Assembly: GCA_013001755.1 (NCBI GenBank)
Contig: JABDLY010000024.1
Location: forward strand, 1 to 57,621
Source of the DNA: Sphingomonadaceae bacterium
GTDB lineage: Bacteria; Pseudomonadota; Alphaproteobacteria; Sphingomonadales; Sphingomonadaceae
DNA length: 57,621 bases
Reading direction: 5' to 3'
The notes beneath the pieces are model-generated. The model was not told the DNA's origin, ran no database searches, and worked only from the letters and a program-made list of their open reading frames with translations. Shown here piece after piece: positions 50,154 through 57,621 of this stretch. Each line of letters opens with the position of its first letter. Position 1 is the stretch's first letter. The position numbers were made by a program, and so were the translations under genes.

Positions 50154-51154
50154 TGGACAAGCCCGATTTCCACCCCGATATGGCGCCGCCCAAGATCGGC
50201 ATATTGCTGGTCAATCTCGGGACACCAGATGCGCCGACGCCGCGAGCCGTGCGGCGCTATCTCGCCGAATTTCTGTCCGATCGCCGCGTCGTCGAGCTGC
50301 CCCGGGTGGCCTGGAAGCCGCTGCTCTATGGTGTCATCCTCAACACCCGGCCGCGAAGATCGGCAAAGGCCTATGCCAAAGTCTGGACCGATCGTGGCTC
50401 GCCGCTCGCCGTCATCACCGAGGACCAGGCAACCGGATTGCAGGATCGGATCGGCGATGCGGCTCAGGTCAGCCACGCGATGCGCTATGGCCGACCAGGC
50501 ATCGGCTATCGGCTCGATCGGATGAAGGAAGCGGGGTGCGAGCGAATTCTCGTTGCACCGCTCTATCCGCAATATTCCGGCGCGACGACGGCGAGCGTGA
50601 TCGACGATGTGGCAGCGGCGCTCGCCAAGATGCGCTGGCAGCCGGCGATCCGGACGCTGCCGCCCTATTATGACGACCCGCTCTATATCGACACGGTTGC
50701 CGCTTCGGTGCGCAGCGGCATCGAGCAGCTCGATTTCGAACCGCAGGCGTTGGTCGCGAGCTTCCACGGCATGCCGCGCCGCACGCTCGAGCTCGGCGAT
50801 CCCTATCATTGTCAATGCCAGAAAACCGCACGGCTGATCGGCGAAGCGCTCGGCAAGCCGGTTTTCATAGCGTTCCAGTCGCGCTTCGGCCGCGCCAAAT
50901 GGTTCGAACCGGCGACGAGCGATTTGCTCGCCGCGCTGCCCCAAAAGGAGCTGAAGAGCGTTGCGGTGTTCGCCCCGGGTTTCGCCGCCGATTGCCTTGA
51001 AACGCTCGAAGAACTGGCGATGGAGGGACGCGACATCTTCCTCGAAGCGGGCGGCGCCGATTTTGCCTATTTGTCGTGTCTCAACGATTCAGAAGCCGCG
51101 ATGGCGATGCTCGAAACGCTTGTTCGCCGCGAAATCGCCGGCTGGGTCGATTAG
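50153..51154 (+). CDS. hemH: Ferrochelatase
   Basis: NLGTP, LYPQYS, SFHGMP, FQSRFG, DCLETLEE. Confidence 0.96.
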   Translation: MDKPDFHPDMAPPKIGILLVNLGTPDAPTPRAVRRYLAEFLSDRRVVELPRVAWKPLLYGVILNTRPRRSAKAYAKVWTDRGSPLAVITEDQATGLQDRIGDAAQVSHAMRYGRPGIGYRLDRMKEAGCERILVAPLYPQYSGATTASVIDDVAAALAKMRWQPAIRTLPPYYDDPLYIDTVAASVRSGIEQLDFEPQALVASFHGMPRRTLELGDPYHCQCQKTARLIGEALGKPVFIAFQSRFGRAKWFEPATSDLLAALPQKELKSVAVFAPGFAADCLETLEELAMEGRDIFLEAGGADFAYLSCLNDSEAAMAMLETLVRREIAGWVD

Positions 51155-51303
51155 GTTCTGTGCTCACAATTAGCGCCGTCTCTGCGCGAGTGAATTTGGC
51201 TGTTGGTTAGGAAGAAAGGCGCAGGCCATGTGGTTCATGGTCGAGCCTTTCTGACGCTGCCAGCGGCCAAATTCACTCGCCCCGTTATTTATGAGTACAG
51301 AAT

Positions 51304-53967
51304 CTAGGCGGCCGATTGCTTGCGAAGGGGTTTGCGCTCTTCCTCCTGGGGTCTTTCCGCCAGCCGTTCAAGATCGAATCCCCGTGCAAACTCGATGCCG
51401 GCGCGATCCGCATCGGTCCAGCGCACCCGCGCCGGGAACAGCTCGTTCTCGAGGACTTCGATCAGCACTTCGCTATCGGGCTCAAGCGTGTCGAGCCCTT
51501 CGAGCATCGCGCCGGTCGCGGAAATATCGCGGATCCTGACCTTCTGCATCTCACCGCCGGAATCGACCGTCGCGCTGCGCAACATCTTGGTCCGCGGCGA
51601 ACGGCTGGCCTTGAAGCCATGGGCTGTTGCCTTGCCGCCGTTCGTTGCCAGCATCTTGCTCGCCTCTTCGGCTGCCATCGGCTTGCCGTAGATATATCCC
51701 TGAATATGAGAACAGCCGAGTTCGCGAACCAGATCGACCTCGTCCTCGATTTCGACGCCTTCGGCGGTGGTTTCCATGTAGAGCGTTTCGGCGAGCGAGA
51801 CGATCGCTTTCACGAGAGCGGCGTTGCGGTTGCCCGGCACCGCTGCGCCGCGGATGAAGCTCTGGTCGATCTTGATCTTGTCGAACGGCGCGGTCTTCAG
51901 ATAGCCGAGCGACGAATAGCCCGTGCCGAAATCGTCGAGCGCCAGCCGGACGCCAAGCCCCTTTAGCGACTTGAACATTTTGTCGCTGTCCGCGCTTTCA
52001 TCGAGGAACACGCCTTCGGTGATTTCGAGCTCGAGCCGGTTGGGATCAAGTCCCGAATTGGAAAGCGCGCTGGTTACGACCGACGGCAGTCCCGGATTGG
52101 CAAACTGTATCGGCGAAACATTTACAGCAACGCGGGCTGCTCGCGGCCATTTCACCGCATCGTGGCACGCCTTGCGCAACACCCATTCGCCGATCTGCTC
52201 GATCAACCGGATATCTTCGGCGACCGGTATGAAGTCGGCCGGCGAAATGGCGCCGTGAGTGGGATGTTCCCAGCGAATAAGCGCCTCGAAGCCGACGATG
52301 TTCGCATCCTTGGTGCTGACAACCGGCTGATAGGTCAGATACAGCTCGTCATTGTTGAGCGCCTGGCGCAGATCGTCTTCGAGGCGTTTGCGCTTCTTCG
52401 CGCCGCTGTGCATTTCGGCGCGATAGAAACGATGAACGCCGCGCCCGTCGCCCTTGGCGGCATAGAGCGCAAGATCGGCATTGCGGACGACAGTTTCCAC
52501 ATCCTCGCCGTGGTCGGGCGCGACGGCGATGCCGATCGAGCAACCGATGGTCAGCGTCACGCCGTCGACCATATAGGGTTGCGACAGCGCGGCAATGATC
52601 GAACGGGCGAGCTCGGCCAAAGCCGTGTGGTCGCCCATATCGGGAAGCACGATCTCGAACTCGTCGCCGCCGAGCCGGCCGACCATGCCGCGATCGCCAA
52701 CTGTCGCGAACAGCCGTTGGCCGACTTGTTTGAGCAGCGCGTCACCGACCGGATGGCCCATAGTATCGTTGATCGTCTTGAATCGGTCGAGGTCAAGCAG
52801 CAGCAGCGCTACCGGTTTCAATTCGTTGCGCTGGCCGGCCGAAAGCGCGTTAGCGAGGGCGAGCCGCATTTCCTGCCGGTTGGCAAGACCGGTCAACTCG
52901 TCATAGCGCGCCATGCGTTGTACTTCGTCCTGCGACCGGCGCTTTTCGGTCAGATCGGCACCCGTTCCCGCATAGCCGCGAAACCGGCCGAGCGAATCGA
53001 TGATCGGCCGCCCGGTGACCGACCACCAGCGTTCTTCCTCGTCGACCGCCGCGCGAACCGAAACATCGCTGAAGGCGCTTCGCGTCGACAGATGAAAGCC
53101 GAGCGCCCGTTCGCCATCCTGTGCATCGCCGCCGCTCATCATCAGCTCGGAAAAAGGACAGCCGATCAGATCGCCGACATCGCGGCCAAGCGTCTGCGAC
53201 AGGTTTGCGCTTAGATAAACGAGATTGCCCGAACGATCGGTTTCCCAGAACCAGCCATGGCCGTTGGCCTCGAACTCGGCGATCAGGCGATTGGCCCGCC
53301 GGCTCTTGTTGACCTCGATCTGATGCCGCCGGTTGAGATAATGGTCGAAATGCGCCTGGGTCAGGCTCATTGCCCAAAGGCAGGCGAGGAGAGCGACCCC
53401 GACGATTGCCACCACCGAACTGCCAGACAGCGAGATCGCCGTGACGATCGACGCGGCGGCAAAGACTAACATTGCGGCATGGGTCGACAACAAGGCGACC
53501 AGAATGACGATCGCCGCGGCAAATATGGCGACGAGGCCGATCATCGCCAGATTGCCATCGGGCAATTTGCCGACCTGCCAGCCCAATACCGCAAGGCATA
53601 TGCCGAGGGCGCCCGCGATCGGCATGATGAGTTTGACCTGCTGATCCGGCCGGCGCTTCCAAAAGGCGCGCGCGCGAAACAGCAAAAATCCGAATATCGA
53701 CAGCGCGACCATCGGCGCCGCGGAAAGACTGGCAAAGGCGAGCAGGTCATAGTCACCGATGATGATCATCGCGGTAAAAACAAGCGCAACCGCGATGAGC
53801 TGCGCATAGACAACGGCCGGCCAGAGCGCGGCGGTGCGTCTTACCTTGGCAGTCTGCGCTTCGATCGCGAACGGATTGTCCGACGACGCCAGTCCAAGGC
53901 TCGCGAGCCAGCCGTCATTTGCAGTGTCGTCGGCCGCGTCCGGATGGGGTTTTCGGATATTCATCAT
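51304..53967 (-). CDS. Membrane-anchored PAS-GGDEF-EAL-PilZ c-di-GMP signalling protein
   Basis: N-terminal TM helices; WFWETD PAS; GGDEF; EAL; DDFGTGYSS; RSPR...DISATG PilZ. Confidence 0.92.
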   Translation of the reverse strand: MMNIRKPHPDAADDTANDGWLASLGLASSDNPFAIEAQTAKVRRTAALWPAVVYAQLIAVALVFTAMIIIGDYDLLAFASLSAAPMVALSIFGFLLFRARAFWKRRPDQQVKLIMPIAGALGICLAVLGWQVGKLPDGNLAMIGLVAIFAAAIVILVALLSTHAAMLVFAAASIVTAISLSGSSVVAIVGVALLACLWAMSLTQAHFDHYLNRRHQIEVNKSRRANRLIAEFEANGHGWFWETDRSGNLVYLSANLSQTLGRDVGDLIGCPFSELMMSGGDAQDGERALGFHLSTRSAFSDVSVRAAVDEEERWWSVTGRPIIDSLGRFRGYAGTGADLTEKRRSQDEVQRMARYDELTGLANRQEMRLALANALSAGQRNELKPVALLLLDLDRFKTINDTMGHPVGDALLKQVGQRLFATVGDRGMVGRLGGDEFEIVLPDMGDHTALAELARSIIAALSQPYMVDGVTLTIGCSIGIAVAPDHGEDVETVVRNADLALYAAKGDGRGVHRFYRAEMHSGAKKRKRLEDDLRQALNNDELYLTYQPVVSTKDANIVGFEALIRWEHPTHGAISPADFIPVAEDIRLIEQIGEWVLRKACHDAVKWPRAARVAVNVSPIQFANPGLPSVVTSALSNSGLDPNRLELEITEGVFLDESADSDKMFKSLKGLGVRLALDDFGTGYSSLGYLKTAPFDKIKIDQSFIRGAAVPGNRNAALVKAIVSLAETLYMETTAEGVEIEDEVDLVRELGCSHIQGYIYGKPMAAEEASKMLATNGGKATAHGFKASRSPRTKMLRSATVDSGGEMQKVRIRDISATGAMLEGLDTLEPDSEVLIEVLENELFPARVRWTDADRAGIEFARGFDLERLAERPQEEERKPLRKQSAA

Positions 53968-54010
53968 TGCCGCTTAGCTGAATTCGGTAATCGCCAGCCT
54001 GACCGACGTG

Positions 54011-54026
54011 GTTAACGACCGCTTTA
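54011..54026. promoter_or_regulatory. CtrA-like box
   Basis: GTTAA-N7-TTTA about 45 nt upstream of the c-di-GMP gene; extra GTTAAC at about 54066. Confidence 0.45.
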
Positions 54027-54162
54027 CGAATGCGCCGATCGACACCCGTTCATCCGGCCAGCGCGGTTAACGTTTCGCCAAACGCTACCTTCCGTTCGCG
54101 GAACTTGCGCGGCTCCCGCGCGCTTCCTAGAAAATGACCAAAGACAGGAAGAGGACACGCAC

Positions 54163-54885
54163 ATGGCGAAAACGGCAATTGTAACGGGCGGAACGCGCGG
54201 CATCGGCGAAGCGATATCGGTGATGCTCAAAGATCAGGGAATGACGGTCGCCGCGAATTTCGGCGGCAACGAAGAAAGGGCCAAGGCGTTTACCGACAGG
54301 ACCGGCATTGCCGCCTATAAATGGGATGTTGGCGATCATGAAGCGTGTCAGGAAGGCTGCGCGCGGGTTGCCGAGGAAATCGGCCCGATAGACGTTCTCG
54401 TCAACAATGCCGGGATCACGCGCGACGGCACGCTCGCCAAGATGAGTTATGAGGATTGGCACGAGGTGATGCGCGTCAATCTTGGCGGCTGTTTCAATAT
54501 GGCCAAGGCCTGCTTTCCCGGGATGAAGGAACGCGGCTGGGGCCGGATCGTCAATATCGGCTCGATTAACGGCCAGGGAGGGCAATATGGTCAGGTCAAC
54601 TATGCTGCGGCCAAATCGGGCATCCACGGCTTCACCAAAGCGCTGGCGCAGGAAGGCGCAAGGGCGGGCATAACCGTCAACGCGCTGGCGCCGGGCTATA
54701 TCGACACCGATATGGTCGCGGCGGTGCCCGAACCTGTGCTCGAAAAGATCGTCGCCAAGATACCGGTGGGCCGTTTGGGCCAGGCCGAAGAAATCGCGCG
54801 CGGTGTGGCTTTCCTCTGTTCCGATGAAGCTGGATTCGTCACCGGATCGACGATGTCGATCAATGGCGGGCAGCATATGTATTGA
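54163..54885 (+). CDS. phbB: Acetoacetyl-CoA reductase
   Basis: TGGTRGIG, NNAGITRD, SINGQ.GQYGQVNYAAAK, NGGQHMY. Confidence 0.93.
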   Translation: MAKTAIVTGGTRGIGEAISVMLKDQGMTVAANFGGNEERAKAFTDRTGIAAYKWDVGDHEACQEGCARVAEEIGPIDVLVNNAGITRDGTLAKMSYEDWHEVMRVNLGGCFNMAKACFPGMKERGWGRIVNIGSINGQGGQYGQVNYAAAKSGIHGFTKALAQEGARAGITVNALAPGYIDTDMVAAVPEPVLEKIVAKIPVGRLGQAEEIARGVAFLCSDEAGFVTGSTMSINGGQHMY

Positions 54886-54903
54886 TCGCGGCGGTGCCGG
54901 GTG

Positions 54904-55143
54904 ATGTCACGACACTATCACCCGCCCGTCAAACGCAGCGTGACGATTGCAGGACATCCAACCTCGATCACGCTCGAACCGCTCTTCTGGCGCGGGCTGG
55001 AGCTTGCTGCGGAGAAACGCGAACTGCCGCTCAGCGCGATCATTGCGGATATCGACGCCGAGCGGCTCGAAGCCAGCGATCCGCCCAATCTCGCAAGCGC
55101 AATCCGCGCCTGGCTGTACCGCGAGGCACTTGAGAGAGACTAG
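54904..55143 (+). CDS. Ribbon-helix-helix domain protein
   Basis: KRSVTIAGH.TSITLE..FW...NLASAIR. Confidence 0.85.
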   Translation: MSRHYHPPVKRSVTIAGHPTSITLEPLFWRGLELAAEKRELPLSAIIADIDAERLEASDPPNLASAIRAWLYREALERD

Positions 55144-57621
55144 CTGTCGCGGCCGAGCAGAATTCGAGCCTGAGCGCCGATTTGCGCGAGCATGGCTGCG
55201 CTTGGGGCAGCAGCGCGCTTCGCGCGGGCTACGAGATCGGTGAACTGCTTCACGCGGTCGGCATGGAGCCGTAGCCAGTTTTCGACATCCTTGATCGGGT
55301 CGCGCGTATTGGTACGGCCGAGAAAATCGAGCCGCAGCTGTTCGAAATCGCGGCTGAGATTGGCGGCAAGCAATTTTTCCCACGGATCGCTCGAGCCGAA
55401 GCGCAAGGCGGTCGCGTTTGCCCAATCGAGTCCGAGCGCTTCACCGAGCCTCGTATAGGCGCGCGCAATATCGAGTTCGCTAACATCCAACCGCGCGCCG
55501 AGATCGGCCATCGGAACCGCGCCCTTCAGGTCCATCACCCGCACGATCCGGTCCACGAGTGCGCTATCGACGTCGATATCGGCGACTTGCTCGTGCATCG
55601 ATGCGGCCATTGAGCGCGACTCGTCCTTGAGCAATTCGTCGAGCGCGATGTTTATGCGTTCGACGCCCGGGCCGAGCCTTTCGGCCAGCTCGCTTGGCAT
55701 GGTTGTGGCGTCGCTGACGCGGATAAGATCGGCAAGCGGCATCCGCAGATTGGTTTGCGCCATGTTGAACAGGCGGAGCCGTTCCTGCTCCGATATATCG
55801 GCGCGCTCTATATCCGTCCAAAGCGTCTCGAGATCGAAAAGCTGGTCGGCAGCGAAATAGGCGACGGCGATGCGCGAGAGTTCGACGCCCTCTTCTTCCG
55901 CGAGCTCGAGCGGCATGATGAAACCGATGCGATTGACGACACGGTTGGCGATCTTCGTCGCGATAATTTCCGCGCGCAGCCGATGGCTGCCGATCGCTTC
56001 GGGAAAGCGTTCGCGAATTGCGGCGGGGAAGGAGCCGCGCAACAGCGGATCGAACATCGGATCGCTGGTCAGGTCGGTGTTTTCGACGGCATCCTGGAGG
56101 ACCAGTTTGGTATGCGCGAGCAGGACCGAAAGTTCGGGTCGGGTCAGGCCGCGATCGTCCTGTTTGCGGCGCAGCAAATCTTCGCTCGTATCGAGGCCTT
56201 CGACCGCCCGGTCGAGCCGGTCGGCGTTTTCCAGGATCTCGATGATGCGAACCTGGCTCGGCAGGCCTTCGCCGCCATCCTGTTCGGCCAGCGACAGGGC
56301 AAGCGTTTGCAGTCGATTGTCTTCGAGAACGAGCGCGGCGACCTCGTCGGTCATCGACACAAGCAGTTCGTTGCGATCTTCGAAGCTCAGATTTCCTTCG
56401 GCCATCTGCCGATTGAGCGGAATCTTGATGTTGACCTCGTTATCCGAGCAATCGACGCCGGCGCTGTTGTCGATAAAGTCGGTATTGAGCCGTCCGCCAT
56501 GCGAAGCGAATTCTATTCGCCCCGCCTGGGTCAGGCCGAGATTGGCGCCCTCGCCGATCGCCTTGGCCAGGACGTCCTTGCCGTTGACGCGGACCTTGTC
56601 ATTGGCCGGGTCGCCGACCTCTATATGCGCCTCGTTCGCCGCCTTGATATAGGTGCCGATACCGCCGAACCAGAGCAGATCGACCTCGGCCTTCAATATC
56701 GCGCCGATCAGCTGCGACGGCCGCATTGATTCATCCTCGATATTCAAAAGCTCACGGATTTCGTCGGTTAGAGGTATCTCCTTCAAACTGCGTGAGAAAA
56801 TGCCGCCGCCCTTGGAGATCAGCTTTTCGTCATAATCCTCCCATGACGAGCGCGGCAGATCGAACAATCGCTTGCGCTCGTCCCAGCTTTTCTCCGGATC
56901 GGGATTGGGATCGATGAAGATATCGCGATGATCGAAGGCCGCGACGAGTTGGAGCGCCCTGGAAAGCAGCATCCCGTTGCCGAACACATCGCCCGACATA
57001 TCGCCGCAACCGGCGACACGGATCGTGTCGGTCTGCACATCGACGCCCATTTCGAGGAAATGCCGCTGGACCGAGACCCAGGCGCCCTTGGCGGTAATCC
57101 CCATCGCCTTGTGATCATAACCATGGCCACCGCCGCTCGCAAAGGCATCGCCGAGCCAGAAGCCGCGTTCGGTGGCAATCGCATTGGCGACGTCGGAGAA
57201 GGAGGCGGTGCCCTTGTCGGCGGCGACAACGAAATAGGGATCGTCATCGTCGCGGATCACAACATCGCCGGGGTGGACGACTGCATCGTCGACCAGATTG
57301 TCGGTCACCGACAGCAACGTCCGGATAAACATCCGATAGCATTCGGTGCCTTCGGCAATCCATGCATCGCGATTTTCGGCAGGATTGGGGAGGTTTTTCG
57401 GATAAAAGCCGCCCTTGGCACCGGTCGGTACGATGACGGCGTTCTTGACGAGTTGCGCCTTCATCAGGCCGAGAATCTCGGTGCGGAAATCATCGCGCCG
57501 GTCGGACCAGCGCAAGCCGCCCCGGGCAACTTTTCCAAACCGCAAATGAATGCCCTCGATTTTCGGGCTGTAGACAAAAATTTCCCGCCATGGGTTCGGC
57601 AGCGGTAACTCGACAATATTC
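55140..57621 (-). CDS. Large NAD-specific glutamate dehydrogenase, 3' part (5' end outside window)
   Basis: ARGGLRWSDR, VAADKGTA, GDMSGDVFGNG, EGANLG, DNSAGVDCSD.EVN. Confidence 0.95.
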   Translation of the reverse strand, partial: NIVELPLPNPWREIFVYSPKIEGIHLRFGKVARGGLRWSDRRDDFRTEILGLMKAQLVKNAVIVPTGAKGGFYPKNLPNPAENRDAWIAEGTECYRMFIRTLLSVTDNLVDDAVVHPGDVVIRDDDDPYFVVAADKGTASFSDVANAIATERGFWLGDAFASGGGHGYDHKAMGITAKGAWVSVQRHFLEMGVDVQTDTIRVAGCGDMSGDVFGNGMLLSRALQLVAAFDHRDIFIDPNPDPEKSWDERKRLFDLPRSSWEDYDEKLISKGGGIFSRSLKEIPLTDEIRELLNIEDESMRPSQLIGAILKAEVDLLWFGGIGTYIKAANEAHIEVGDPANDKVRVNGKDVLAKAIGEGANLGLTQAGRIEFASHGGRLNTDFIDNSAGVDCSDNEVNIKIPLNRQMAEGNLSFEDRNELLVSMTDEVAALVLEDNRLQTLALSLAEQDGGEGLPSQVRIIEILENADRLDRAVEGLDTSEDLLRRKQDDRGLTRPELSVLLAHTKLVLQDAVENTDLTSDPMFDPLLRGSFPAAIRERFPEAIGSHRLRAEIIATKIANRVVNRIGFIMPLELAEEEGVELSRIAVAYFAADQLFDLETLWTDIERADISEQERLRLFNMAQTNLRMPLADLIRVSDATTMPSELAERLGPGVERINIALDELLKDESRSMAASMHEQVADIDVDSALVDRIVRVMDLKGAVPMADLGARLDVSELDIARAYTRLGEALGLDWANATALRFGSSDPWEKLLAANLSRDFEQLRLDFLGRTNTRDPIKDVENWLRLHADRVKQFTDLVARAKRAAAPSAAMLAQIGAQARILLGRDS

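Overview
GC-rich alphaproteobacterial chromosome segment; gene content and order suggest Sphingomonadales (inference). Positions 1-~19940 are the right-hand part of a decaying genomic island abutting the 3' end of tRNA-Phe. It carries a low-oxygen/dormancy-type gene set: heme-PAS FixL, two FixJ paralogs, a FixK-like Crp/Fnr regulator, five universal stress proteins, Hsp20, two L,D-transpeptidases, D-lactate dehydrogenase and several hypotheticals. Its intergenic regions share a recurring NGTA-N6-C(G/C/T)TA motif (about 11 copies). Four island genes have near-cognate codons (CTG, CTG, GTC, CTG/ATC) where the start codon is expected. Two deletion junctions are visible: ABC ATPase/alcohol dehydrogenase, and kinase/recombinase tail. 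Positions 19941-57621 are mostly core genome: tRNA-Phe, yacG, a P450 cassette, RNase E/G-like gene, maf, infA, hppA, thiL, nusB, hisD/hisG, bolA, lgt, hemH, phbB and NAD-glutamate dehydrogenase. This part also holds several REP-like palindromes and a candidate SD-sequestering pseudoknot upstream of a cystathionine gamma-synthase-family gene. All product calls are from recognising motifs by eye; no database search was run.
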